Origin: an uncultured Chlamydiae bacterium
GTDB taxonomy: Bacteria; Chlamydiota; Chlamydiia; Chlamydiales; JAJFMA01
Assembly: GCA_963713615.1 (NCBI GenBank)
Contig: CAVQMM010000001.1
Span: 2,976,001 to 3,040,000 of the forward strand
Direction: 5' to 3'
DNA: 64,000 nucleotides
The notes under the pieces were generated by a model, which saw only the letters and a list, made by a program, of their open reading frames with translations, was not told the DNA's origin and ran no database searches. Within the stretch, counting starts at the first letter, position 1. Every line of letters starts with the position of its first letter. The position numbers and the translations under genes are program-made. This document shows positions 21,292-32,285 of the stretch, one piece after another.

Positions 21292-23736
21292 TTGCCCGTC
21301 CTTGGTATTTGCTCACGGGCTGCATGTTTTTGATCCAGGGTAAGATGATGGTCGTTGATACGGTTTCCCATAAAAACTGAATACCAGGGATTGGAGCTTA
21401 GATCCTTGCCCCGGTCTTTGTTCCACTTGATATTGGGCTTGTCACGTAAAACACCCGCACCTTTGATTTTGATGTCGTCTACCAACATGAAGGGGCGAAT
21501 GTTCAAACGCACACCATCGTTGATATCTGGATTCCAACCAATTGGTTGTTTTTCGATAGATTTCCACCGAACGAAAATGTCATAGGGGTTCTCGCCTTCC
21601 AAAATTTGTTCAAGTCGTTTCCTAAGCTGGTCAGCGGCTACAAAGCGTTCTTCTGCTCCTTCAACGTTGCCTATGTTATCCTTCTGTCGCTTAATCCAAT
21701 CGCCCAAATAAGTGCAGATCAGTGCTTTGAGTGTTTTTCGGTCAAGCGTATGGTAGTTGACTAGAGCGGCAAAACCATCGTGTAACCCATCCCAGATGTG
21801 CCAAATAAAAGGGCTCTGATGAAACAACTGACAGTGCTGAACAAAAAATCTATCCCTCAGCCAGGATTCTAGTGTTTTGTCGGCATGGTTGGCTTCTTTA
21901 AGCAACTTGGCTAAAATGTCGTTTGACCAGTTATCGCCATAAGACTCTACCAAAAGATCAAGTAGAGAATCAGCAGCTGATGCGTCCCCATGGACCGAGG
22001 GTATGCATACGATTCCAGACTCGTTAGTGAACGGCAGGAGTGTGCTACAACGCTCCACCCATTCACGTTGTTGATCGGCAAGTTCTATGCTTGCATCCAC
22101 CTCTGCAGGCCAACGATAGCCCAACAGCCTGGCTACAGCGATGTGCAAAACAGAAGCCTCTATGCGCAGAGGCCGATGGGCCGTTTCTTTTTTCTTCTCA
22201 TCCCAGGCCACAGACCCACAAGGATGGCCGTGGAAAATCCATTGCGTTGGATCGTCAGAATAGGGCTTTGGCAGGCCCTTCGGATACTTATCACTTGCAA
22301 CTTTCGTCCAGTGTTTAAGATCAAATGGGACCTTGACCAAGGTAGCATTAGTCACATTTAATTTTTGGTCGATTCGTCGGACGGCTTTGCTGTATTCCGG
22401 CGAAGAACAAAAGCACCAGATGGCGGGGAGGTGGGAAGGGTCTTTCGGAATAATAGGGGCACTGTTTGAATCCCAACACTCTCCAGTAAACAGGGTAACT
22501 GGAAGATTTCTCATCTGAGATACGTGAATTCCTGCTTTTCCCCATATCTGAATACCTCGTACATATGCGCCTGGGCTGTTTACGATATCTCCTTTACCCT
22601 CTTGCCAATAAAGGATGTGTTCTCTCGCTCCATGATCTGAAGTTTTTAGAATTGTACTTAGCTGAAATATCCAATTCTTATCCGGCAAGATCGTTTCCCA
22701 AAAGAAACGACCAAACCGAGGATAATCACCACTACCCAATCCGCAGTAACTATCAGAGTAACTACTCAATAACTCAAAATTCTCAGCCTCCTCCAGTGCA
22801 ATTCGTGCATCTGGATTTTCCAATTGTTTAGCCTGCGAGACGCTTTTAATTTCTGAGGTGAGTAAGCCTGCAGCTTTTTCGGTTACAGCACGAGGTTCGG
22901 ATACATCTAGGCCGCGAATAATGTTAGTGGTAGTTGCTTCCCCGAATAGCCCGCCGCTTTGGGCGTGCATACTGCCTCGACTTATATTGATAAGAATAAC
23001 CTTAACCACCTCACCACTGATGGTTTCAAAAGCTCCTGGCCCCAATCTCGCAATCAGGTGCCAGGTTTCATTCAGCAAAAGCTTCTGTCGAAATTTTTTA
23101 TAGCTGGTTAAGAATAGCCAATTTTGTGGAAGTACAACACTAGATGTACCTCCGTCAAGGCATAGCTCCAAACAACGATCAAGAAACACTGTGGCCAAAT
23201 CGCTTTTAGCTGCTGGATACTGTTTTTCACAAAATTTTCGCAGTATATCACTCTGCTTACCACTCGTAAGATAAGGAACATTGGTGAACACCCAATGATA
23301 CTTACTCCCGAGCAAAGTGGCAGCCTTGGCCAGGCCGTGGGCTACAACGGAGGCTTCTTTCTGCTCATCCGGTTGTTCTTGATCAAGCGCCTGGGTTAAT
23401 GCAATCGATAGTTCTTCCCACCGAATAATTTTTGCTGCCTCTGTCGTAGCCGGATTGATGAGACTGCCAAGAACCGGAGCATTTGCGAAAATCTCATACA
23501 TCCACTCAAGCGCAAGAGAAAGGTTCTTTTTGCCTAGTCCTAATTGTTTCCACTCATCCTTAGCTGCATTGACAGAAAGCCCACAACAAGCGACGTTCAA
23601 TTCCGGTAAGGGGCGGTAGCCGCCAGCATCCGGATATTTCCATGCCGTGAGGGCCAGCGCAAATGCCGCTAATTCCACGCATCGCTGGTCAATTTCTAAA
23701 CCATGAAGATTTTCGGAAAGCACTCGCGTTGTCGCC

Positions 23737-24975
23737 CAGGGAAATTGCATGAAGAATTTAGTTTACGCCAAGCAACCCCAATAAGTAGCCACGGTTCCAC
23801 CCTGCTTTCGAACGGCGATTTTTAATCCCTGCCTTTGTCTTTTTATCTGCCTTTAAAATATTTAGCGTGGCCCGTCGAAGCACGGAAAAATTTTCCGCCC
23901 CATTATCTTTTCTTACTTTGCATCCATCCTCTGCATAGGATACATCTAGCTGCCAGTGCAACTGGTTCTCAATTGTCCAATGAGAGCGTATCGCATGGGC
24001 CATTTTCCTCGCATCGGACGAGAGGCTGGATATGTAAAACCGTGTTTCTGTTGAAGTTACACCCTTAATTGTTCTTGTACTCCTAACTGCGGCAAGACTC
24101 CTTAAACCTGTCCATTCTGTTTTTTGTGGTAGCCACTCAAGATCTTCACATACCCAAACTTCTCGTTTCTCAACTCGTCCTCGCGACTTTTCTTCGCTCA
24201 CAAAAAAGTCACAACCACTGGCTTCCGGTAGACCTTCAACCACTTGCTCAAAAAAGTTTTGAGCCTCAGCATGTAGATGTCCTTGATTCCCTTTTAGACC
24301 TATCACGTAGTCTCCTCCTTGCTCCACGATCTGCTTAACAAGTGGCCTATGACATCCTCCGGCATCCACTGTAATTGTAGCACCCCTAATATCGAGCATG
24401 GCAAGAAGCAAGGGAAAAGCAGTGATTTCATTGGATTTTAGCTCTGTTGCAAGCTGCCCTAGAACAAGTTGATTTTCCGCTGAAAATGCACTCACGATAT
24501 GAATGGCTCTTACATCATTTGTCGTATCGGAAGAGTTGCATAAGGTTTTGCCGTCCAAAGCGATGATGCCACCTATCGTTTTGGCAATATGCTGAGTCCA
24601 GTTAATAAAACACCGCTCAAACGCCTGTGGGTTGACAAAGCGGAAAAAGCGCGAGAAAGTGTCATGCGAAGGGACACCATCAGAACACATTTGAAGCTCG
24701 TGTAACCATTCAAGATTAGACTCAGACCATAAGCTAACCTCTACCCAATCATCAGCCCCGCAAAGTATAGCGAGGATGGCGATCGATACGATCTCGGAGA
24801 CACTGTAGGCCTGGTTTCTTGCCTTACGAGGATCTGGTAGGATTGAAAACGCGAGCATGATAGAAGTTTCTCTGACTGCATGTTGTTGTGACATTATACA
24901 TCTCCCTGATGAAAAAGAGAAGTAGTCGCAACAATTTGAAAAATAGTCAAATCATTTCTTCATGCAATTTCCCTG
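23737..24975 (-). mobile_element. ISAs1-family element (1239 bp), same as 10925-12163, 10-bp TSD CGTTGTCGCC
   Basis: Same IRs and identical 378-aa protein; TSD at 23727-23736 and 24976-24985. Confidence 0.95.
23758..24894 (-). CDS. ISAs1-family transposase
   Basis: Translation identical to 10946-12082. Confidence 0.95.
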   Translation of the reverse strand: MSQQHAVRETSIMLAFSILPDPRKARNQAYSVSEIVSIAILAILCGADDWVEVSLWSESNLEWLHELQMCSDGVPSHDTFSRFFRFVNPQAFERCFINWTQHIAKTIGGIIALDGKTLCNSSDTTNDVRAIHIVSAFSAENQLVLGQLATELKSNEITAFPLLLAMLDIRGATITVDAGGCHRPLVKQIVEQGGDYVIGLKGNQGHLHAEAQNFFEQVVEGLPEASGCDFFVSEEKSRGRVEKREVWVCEDLEWLPQKTEWTGLRSLAAVRSTRTIKGVTSTETRFYISSLSSDARKMAHAIRSHWTIENQLHWQLDVSYAEDGCKVRKDNGAENFSVLRRATLNILKADKKTKAGIKNRRSKAGWNRGYLLGLLGVN

Positions 24976-25992
24976 CGTTGTCGCCTCCTGTGCAGAAAGC
25001 TTCTCTAATTCCATTCGTATAGGAACAAGCATCAATAGAGCAGCAACCAAAAAATGCCCTGAACCACAACATGGATCGATCGTTTTAAGATCGGCGAGTG
25101 TCTCTGGCCATTTTTCAAAGCATCCGGACGCTGGACACCATCTGCCATTTTCGTCCCTTCCAAAACGAAGGTATTCCAACGGTACATTAGGAAGCGCTGC
25201 TTTTTTTCGTAGCTCATCTTCATCTTTCGCATTTAATAGCTCAGCTTCAGATAGCCGCCTTCTTGCCCACCATGCCCCAAGAGAATTGTCGAGTAGAAAT
25301 GCCACCATGTATGGCTCAGTGAAAAGCTGTGTTACAGCTGGTAGTTCTTGTGCACCGATTTTTACCTCTGACGCGTTCACATCTTCCTTTTTCTTGGCCT
25401 GCCAGAACTGATATACCCACCCCAAGGAATCCGATGCATGAAACACTTCAGAGGGTAGGTTGGCGAGTAGAGATTCTAGTTTTTGCTGATGTTCTGGAGG
25501 CAAAGTCAATTGAAGGACCGGCGAATCTGTCTTGAAAATTTGTGGCAACATTCGCGCAGCAAAGCGTGCGGCTAGCTCCCAACCATTCCTCGCGCTTTGT
25601 TCAGAGGCTAGATCTCCGCATTCTTCAAGGCTGATTGCCACAGGGTTATCCGGATCCGGATACATTAGCAGGTTGTTTTCTGCGAGGAATCTGGCAAAAA
25701 GCATGCGATGCCAGTGTTGGTAGCCAACCTCTTCGACGAGACGATTCAGTTCTTGTGTTTCCTTCAAGGGGCAACGAATGTCACCTAGCTGACGGCCATG
25801 ACTGCGAAGCTTAAGGCGAAGCTGCTTTTCGACGTCACTTAGATGCCCATAGGGCTTGGACTCGCCCACACCAAGCTGCTCAACTGCCGCGCGCGCTGCC
25901 ATTTCAGCTACATCTCGGGCATCTCGAATTGTCCGTTCTAGCTTGTTTCTCAGCGTTTTGTCTAGTGTTTGAAAACTCATTATTTCCATCCA

Positions 25993-28900
25993 TTATCCAA
26001 CTATTACCGGACCCTTGGCTATCGCCGTTGTTAACTTGTCCTGCACCTTTTTCATCCAGGCGTCTAGGTCCGCAGCGGATCTGAGGGTCTGGCGTGGTAA
26101 TGGCACTGTCAGAGTTTTCGGTTCCAGAGCCTGAGCAGCTAGTGCGCGCGCCCGCAAAAAGCGCCCTGACAGCGCATCTATTCGATCTTTCCATACAGGT
26201 AGAGGATGTTGCATGAGTGCGGCTAACAAATCTTGATAGGTACCTAACTGAATTTCTGGTAAGTCTATGATATCGCATTTGGTTCGGATCAATGTACGGG
26301 CGTCTTCGGCTAATTGTTTCCAGGATTCGTCCATTTCCAGTTCATGTAGAGCCTTAGAGAGCTCTGTCTTGTATTTTTTTTGTTTAGTGTCGAGTGTTTT
26401 ACGCAAGGCATCTTCTACTGATTTCAAAAGCGGCACCGTGGGATCAGGATCGAGCATAAGAAGGCGATGCTCATCTATAGCTTTGGCTTGAAGTCTAGCT
26501 TCTTCAACTACCTCGATTCCACTAACCTTGTCGAGAAGGAGCTGTAGTTTTTCCCAGACCTTTATGCGAGCATCAATTTTTTGTGCCCGGTCCTTCCAGA
26601 TCTCTACAGTAGTTTTGAGTTCTTCGCGTTTGTTAAAGATCACTAGGAGCTGTTCATTGCCTCCTTCTGCGTGAATTTCATCAAGAAGGGCAGTATCGGG
26701 CCGCTCTGGCCTTGGACTTGCGCCACCGGCTTTGTCCGCTAAAATACGGGCCTTCATAAGAAATTCGGCAACCTTGTCGAGTTCTTCTCCCGGCTTAGCA
26801 TTGATATCGATCCGCTGCAGTAGCTTGCGAATGTGGATACGCTGTTCGGTGGACAGAGTGGTCGACTCAACTTTAAAGGTAGTCCCACCGATAGCCTTGC
26901 GTTCAAGATTTTTCGGATCAATGTTACGCCCTCTTTCATCCTTGGCACAGATCAATCCGGCCACGAGTAGAACCTGTAGACCTCCATCAATAGCGTCTCC
27001 TGACCACCCATAAGGGGGTGTTTCGAATTGGTTGCGAATATCACAGCCTTTTTTAGCGACTGCGATGTAAGTCAAAATCCCTTTACACACAGCATTTTTT
27101 CCAGGATCGCCATCATCACCTATTAGCTTTAGCGCATCAGGGGATCCTTGTTTAGCCTTGGTGTAGACTTTATCCCACGCTGAGTGATCTGCGATGGAAA
27201 ACTGAGGATATAGTCTCCGCAGTGAACAGTTTATGGCCTGCCGCACTGTTTCAAGTAGGTCGTCGCCGGAAAGCTCGCTACCACCACCTTGAAACACCCG
27301 AGAGTTGTTGAATGCTTCATCTAGTAGTTCGTTGATTTTGTTCTCGGCACACTTTTTAGTAGTTTCCATAGCAGCACGAGCTTCTATCCCTTCGGGATTA
27401 CTAGGTGTGCCACGTTTGTCTAAGGTGGCAATGGCTGCTTTGTGTTGGATAAAATGGTGACGGAGGTAGTCCGCAGATCGCTTAGGAATAAATACAAATA
27501 TAGTTGGTGATTCATTACCAGCTTGCCGGGCATCCGCTTGCACTGAGTTTTCGTCTATAGACCAACCATCCCGCACCCAAATGGTCACCTTTTTCTCAGC
27601 GTCACCTGAGAGTTGTGAGTCAAAAACAATATGGGCATCTCGCGAGACCTTGGCAGCACCATGGGGAGGGGATGCTTTTTTCAGTAGCTCATTGATTTTT
27701 GTACGAATACGGCCATCACGTTCGGCCTCGATACGGTGCGGTTCATTGGCTAGTTGATGTCGTTGGCTAAGAAACTCATCATTCCACGCAATGCTTTCTT
27801 CAGTTTGAATACGGTATTCATCGCCAACTTGCATCAACAGTTCGCAATTTTTCAAAAGGGAAGGTAATTTCGTTCGTAACACACTGCTTCCCTCTGATAG
27901 GTCTTCAACCATCAGTTCGGCTAACGTCTCAATTGTGGCTTTAATACCCACCTCGGTATTGCTTCCTGCAAGTTTATTGATGAGAAATATGAGACCACAG
28001 GCCCTACCCATAAGCTTTTCATCATCCGATCCTGCAACCCAAATCATGGTTTTTTCGTGGAAGTTGCGGGGAAGGATACGAGACTGAAGGAGTTTATCGG
28101 CACATTCAAAAAATAGATGGTCTGCTGCAATTACATGTCCAAGAGCTTTATCCAGGTTGGATTGGATAACTTTATGGACCATACTAAGTTGGTTTCTAAG
28201 CTGGCTTTCTGTTCCAGTACGGTCAAGAACTTGTAACGTGGTCTCCCAAAAGCGCCGCCTTACAGGCAGGATTGGATAATCTTGCGAAAAAAATGCGTTA
28301 TCGTCTTGTCTATGGCAAATTTTCGTACCTTGTAAGTGGCCTGAAATTTCACCCTGATTCATTTTTATAACCCGGTTAATCTCTTTAATTGCATCGGGCT
28401 TTTTAGCAAGAATAACCTGGCGAATTACTGCACCTACATCGCTGTCGGAAAGCTCGACGCGAATGGTGAAACGACCTTCAAGTTTTTTTAGGCTGGGAGT
28501 TCCAGTCAAAGCAGTTTGACCTGTACCAATGAAGAGAAGTTTTCCACCAATGTTTTTGCAACATGCCTCAACTACTTCCTGGACATCGATAGATCGTTGA
28601 CTGTTTTCGCCAATGTATTGCTGTACCTCATCTAAAACGATTAATGTAAGGGGAAATTTGCCATTTTTTGATAGAGACTGTTTTATGGTGGTGATCATTT
28701 CATCGTTACTGATATCATCGACCTTCGGAAATTGATTGCTCAGAGCTTCACCACAAGCAGCCTCAGATGAAAAGAGATTAGGCTTAGCCTTCACAAGTGC
28801 CTTACGCAATCCTTCGGCTACATGGAAGTTACTTAATTCCTCCTGCCAATCGTAACCCATGGCCTCTACATCTTTCGTAATTTGATCAAAGAGGCCCTCG

Positions 28901-29427
28901 TTGCAGAGCCACATAATGAATCGGGCTACCCAATATTTTTCAGGTAGACCAACAGACTTCAATACAATGCGCAGGAGAGCAAGGCGCACACTACCATCAG
29001 CACCGGCTCCAAGTGTTCCTGAGGCTGCATGTAAACCGCCATATCGTTTGGCTTGCGTATCCAATTCCTTAAATAGGTCTGCAACGGACTGCGGTAGGTT
29101 AGCGAGGATTCGGGCTGAGGTACCGTCCTCGAAACGAGTATCCACCCAAAGCGCGCGAAGCATTTTAACTAAATGCGATTTTCCTGAACCATAGAATCCA
29201 CTTATCCAAACTGCCGGCTGATACGCTTGATCGATATTCTTAAGGTACTCTTCGAGCAAATGCTGCATTCCCTTTCTATACTGTCCTTCGCATACGAAGT
29301 TCTCCAATTCCCATCGAAGCACTGCTAAAGCATCTTCACTAGTCTCGTCATTGACAGTAACTACTCCTGTGTTGACTAGCTTTCTCGTCGAAGGATCTTT
29401 TGAATAGACGTCTCGGTTAATCATCAT
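25993..29427 (-). CDS. brxC: BREX P-loop ATPase BrxC
   Basis: WISGFYGSGKSH, VLDEVQQYIG, YPILP, PPYGW; 1144 aa. Confidence 0.92.
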   Translation of the reverse strand: MMINRDVYSKDPSTRKLVNTGVVTVNDETSEDALAVLRWELENFVCEGQYRKGMQHLLEEYLKNIDQAYQPAVWISGFYGSGKSHLVKMLRALWVDTRFEDGTSARILANLPQSVADLFKELDTQAKRYGGLHAASGTLGAGADGSVRLALLRIVLKSVGLPEKYWVARFIMWLCNEGLFDQITKDVEAMGYDWQEELSNFHVAEGLRKALVKAKPNLFSSEAACGEALSNQFPKVDDISNDEMITTIKQSLSKNGKFPLTLIVLDEVQQYIGENSQRSIDVQEVVEACCKNIGGKLLFIGTGQTALTGTPSLKKLEGRFTIRVELSDSDVGAVIRQVILAKKPDAIKEINRVIKMNQGEISGHLQGTKICHRQDDNAFFSQDYPILPVRRRFWETTLQVLDRTGTESQLRNQLSMVHKVIQSNLDKALGHVIAADHLFFECADKLLQSRILPRNFHEKTMIWVAGSDDEKLMGRACGLIFLINKLAGSNTEVGIKATIETLAELMVEDLSEGSSVLRTKLPSLLKNCELLMQVGDEYRIQTEESIAWNDEFLSQRHQLANEPHRIEAERDGRIRTKINELLKKASPPHGAAKVSRDAHIVFDSQLSGDAEKKVTIWVRDGWSIDENSVQADARQAGNESPTIFVFIPKRSADYLRHHFIQHKAAIATLDKRGTPSNPEGIEARAAMETTKKCAENKINELLDEAFNNSRVFQGGGSELSGDDLLETVRQAINCSLRRLYPQFSIADHSAWDKVYTKAKQGSPDALKLIGDDGDPGKNAVCKGILTYIAVAKKGCDIRNQFETPPYGWSGDAIDGGLQVLLVAGLICAKDERGRNIDPKNLERKAIGGTTFKVESTTLSTEQRIHIRKLLQRIDINAKPGEELDKVAEFLMKARILADKAGGASPRPERPDTALLDEIHAEGGNEQLLVIFNKREELKTTVEIWKDRAQKIDARIKVWEKLQLLLDKVSGIEVVEEARLQAKAIDEHRLLMLDPDPTVPLLKSVEDALRKTLDTKQKKYKTELSKALHELEMDESWKQLAEDARTLIRTKCDIIDLPEIQLGTYQDLLAALMQHPLPVWKDRIDALSGRFLRARALAAQALEPKTLTVPLPRQTLRSAADLDAWMKKVQDKLTTAIAKGPVIVG

Positions 29428-29438
29428 GTAATCCAGAG

Positions 29439-29990
29439 TTAGACTTCTTTATCTGCAGTGATGAGTACTGCATGATAATCCCAGCCATCATAGGCATCTA
29501 GAAGTCGATAGTTGTTATTTTCAAAGGTGCCTGGAAAAAAAACGGCTAGCCGGCCAATAACCATCGGGGCTAGTCTATCCACAACCTCCTTAACCTTGAG
29601 TAAACCAAAGAGTGTTCCAACACCTTTTAGGGCTACCACGCTGTTTGCATTAGCGCCCTTATTAATGAGAAATGTTCTGAACTGTTCGCTGATATAATCG
29701 AGATATTTTGGTAATAGGGTTGGGAGGTGAGTTGGTTGTTCAAAATAGCGCTCAGCATATCGCTGAGTTGAGAGCCATTCCGCAAACGTATTGGTTAAAT
29801 CAAAAACGTGCCAGTCGTGCGCAACATTGCGGGTGGCAATTTCAAATTCGTCGAACTTCGCTCGCAATTTTAACTCGTCACTTTCATCATAAACACAGAA
29901 GATTACGCGTTGTGGCGGTGCCGCATCCTTACGCCAGGGGACTTTAATAAAATTGCTGTAAGATTCGCACAAGCGATCAACTTTACTCAC
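29439..29990 (-). CDS. brxB: BREX protein BrxB (DUF1788)
   Basis: GVGTLFG, VFFPG, YRLLDAYDGWDY; directly upstream of brxC. Confidence 0.85.
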   Translation of the reverse strand: MSKVDRLCESYSNFIKVPWRKDAAPPQRVIFCVYDESDELKLRAKFDEFEIATRNVAHDWHVFDLTNTFAEWLSTQRYAERYFEQPTHLPTLLPKYLDYISEQFRTFLINKGANANSVVALKGVGTLFGLLKVKEVVDRLAPMVIGRLAVFFPGTFENNNYRLLDAYDGWDYHAVLITADKEV

Positions 29991-30781
29991 AACATAAACC
30001 CCATTTCGTCTTGGTTGAGTAGATTTGGAAACAGGACTTCCATTACGTTTCCAATACGTTTAAAGTTGATCCATCCTCGCTGCGAAGCGCGCTCAGCAAA
30101 TTCAACTAATTCATCAAACGAGCAGTCGAGCAATTTCGCATATTCCGTCTCAAAAAGGGCAAGACCACGCGCACCTGTGAGGTACCCGATGAACAGGGCA
30201 TAGGCTGTTGTAGCAGATGTGGCGTTCATTATTGTGCGCGTTTTAGACACTCGCCCTTTTAAATAGCCTGCCTGAGTCCAGGTTGAAGCTATATTCCGAG
30301 CTGTTGATTGTAGAGTAGCCTTGCTGAATCGGCCGGATTGTGCGGCTTCGATACAGCCCTCCAATGCCACACGAGAGTACAACTGACCTTTAGACATAGT
30401 AAGAACGAATGAAGTGGTCAACCTTAGTATTGGATCACGAGTGTAAGCGCAAAGAAACGCCAATAGAGGGCGTCCCTCTATTTCCCGATCCCAGAAATAT
30501 CGAAGTGCACTAAAAAGGGGAGCTTTGAAATCGAGCGCGTACAGGTTGGCAAGATGTTTGGCGGTCAATTTTCTTGTTTGGCCGGAACGTTTACCCAAAC
30601 GGTTATCGCCTTCAATGGCGTGAATGTAGTCATTATGTGACGCTGAAGGAGCGCTCACATAGTCGAGGAGTTGCTCAAGCTCGTTAAGCATCATTGTCCT
30701 TGCCAAGTGCACACCACCACGTTCATCCTTGAAACCAAAACGCAAAAGTCTATTATCTTTAACTAATTCGTTATTCATCAA
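29987..30781 (-). CDS. brxA: BrxA-like protein (first gene of the BREX operon)
   Basis: Position; 264 aa helical protein; STARNIASTWTQAGYL resembles the BrxA HTH region. Confidence 0.65.
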   Translation of the reverse strand: MMNNELVKDNRLLRFGFKDERGGVHLARTMMLNELEQLLDYVSAPSASHNDYIHAIEGDNRLGKRSGQTRKLTAKHLANLYALDFKAPLFSALRYFWDREIEGRPLLAFLCAYTRDPILRLTTSFVLTMSKGQLYSRVALEGCIEAAQSGRFSKATLQSTARNIASTWTQAGYLKGRVSKTRTIMNATSATTAYALFIGYLTGARGLALFETEYAKLLDCSFDELVEFAERASQRGWINFKRIGNVMEVLFPNLLNQDEMGFML

Positions 30782-31092
30782 TTCATACGTAGATTAATTA
30801 ACAATCGATTCATTTATCAGAAAATATAGCATGATTCAGTAATACCATCATCATAAATAAATTCTGCGTACTTAAACTAATTTTTAAATAATGATTAATG
30901 TTTTTTACGAGATGCGACATATCTTTAAACAAAGCAGGTTGTTACTGACATGAGTATGCAGAAGAGCACTTCGAGCATATGTGATCCATAGATTCTCCTA
31001 GACGACAACGGAGTGAGTCACTTAGTATGTCGCCAAAAACGAAAGATTGCATTGAGTTATCGGAGCTTTCCCACCTCCCGGAGAAATGATAG

Positions 31093-32091
31093 ATGGAGCA
31101 AAAAATGGATAGAAATCAACCTTGCCCCTGTAAAAGTGGACTTAAGCCAGAAGAGTGCTGTCTACCATCATGTTGTGAGGTGTGTCTTTTTAGTAAGGAG
31201 AATCTGGGCGCTCTTGAAGCGGGTTGGACTTTGCAACGTTCACTCATACGACAAAATAAAAAACATCACCTCCCCCTTTGCCCCTTGCTAATGGAATTTC
31301 AACCCAAAACCGTAGTGATTTGTGGCAGTGGTTCAGTTTATTGGCACAATCCTGACTATCCAAATGAGGAGATCAATACCTGGGAGATCATCCAAACATG
31401 TGTGGACCAAATTAAAGGCTCCCCAGAAGGCAGAGGCGCAGGCATTCCTTCAAGAAAAGAAAATTTCTTGCATTGGTTAGCTGCTACAGAAAAATTAGTG
31501 ACTTACTTCACCGAAGCCTACCCACCTCACGCTTCCAATTACGAACAAATCCAACAAGTTCACAAAAAATTTCGTGAATTATTAGGACAGTCTTTTCAAG
31601 GCGCGGATATTCGCTTGCGATCCCTTACCTGCTTTCATTGCAATAACACACATGGTTTAGATCCCAAAGCGCTTAATACTTGTGGGTTTCTTACGTTAAA
31701 CTGGGATGGAGCTGTACGACAATTGTCAAATACAATTGAATTGCATGGGATATGCGAGTTACCTGAAACGATGGTATTACCTAACCAGGATCTAACTCGT
31801 CTGCTACCAAAAAATCGGACAATAAGACCAGGGTTTGAAGCCTTTGCTTCCGCACATCACTGGCTTACCGATTGTACAAATATAATTATTTGGGGATGTC
31901 AATTGAATGATTATGATGCCATTATTTCGGTCATTATGTCGATTTTTTCTCTTACCAAAGCTCGCGGAAAAATTGGACTGTTTGTTTCCAATCGAAATGC
32001 CAGCACTCGCGAAAATATCGAAACGAAGCTGAAGGATTATTTCCCCCTAGCAACCGTTTATCAATGCCTTAATGAAATCAACTTCTCATGA
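31093..32091 (+). CDS. SEC-C metal-binding motif + SIR2-like (SIR2_2) domain protein
   Basis: RNQPCPCKSGLKPEECC (SEC-C); VICGSGS, FLTLNWD, ELHG, IWGCQLNDYD in sirtuin-fold order. Confidence 0.65.
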   Translation: MEQKMDRNQPCPCKSGLKPEECCLPSCCEVCLFSKENLGALEAGWTLQRSLIRQNKKHHLPLCPLLMEFQPKTVVICGSGSVYWHNPDYPNEEINTWEIIQTCVDQIKGSPEGRGAGIPSRKENFLHWLAATEKLVTYFTEAYPPHASNYEQIQQVHKKFRELLGQSFQGADIRLRSLTCFHCNNTHGLDPKALNTCGFLTLNWDGAVRQLSNTIELHGICELPETMVLPNQDLTRLLPKNRTIRPGFEAFASAHHWLTDCTNIIIWGCQLNDYDAIISVIMSIFSLTKARGKIGLFVSNRNASTRENIETKLKDYFPLATVYQCLNEINFS

Positions 32092-32285
32092 CCCTCATCA
32101 TGAGATTTGGCTGGATGAACTATATTCTATTTATGACTATCTTCAGCAGTTGTTACTTTATAGCCTTATGTCTACTAATGTGCGAAAAACCCTAGGGGAA
32201 TCTCTCTCTTTAACCTGCGTAACAGTATCGGAAGCAAATGATGATCATCTTCGGAATGTGCTTAGATTCAGATGATCCAAAGGAG

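Larger units (their letters stand above)
21288..25989 (-). pseudogene. pglX: BREX adenine methyltransferase PglX, split by an ISAs1 insertion
   Basis: 5' part has TQLFTEPYMV and IDPCCGSGHFL; 3' part has LHGLEID, TNVPY, GVRLNIRPF; removing the IS plus one TSD restores one frame (SAQEATTRVLSEN), about 1150 codons. Confidence 0.93.

Noticed and set aside
17323..30203. Many short antisense or nested ORFs inside BREX, IS and cas genes
   Set aside because: Shadow ORFs fully overlapping well-supported genes
32072..32275. 67-aa ORF after the SIR2-like gene as a partner gene
   Set aside because: No motif or clear RBS; cannot be supported, though not excluded
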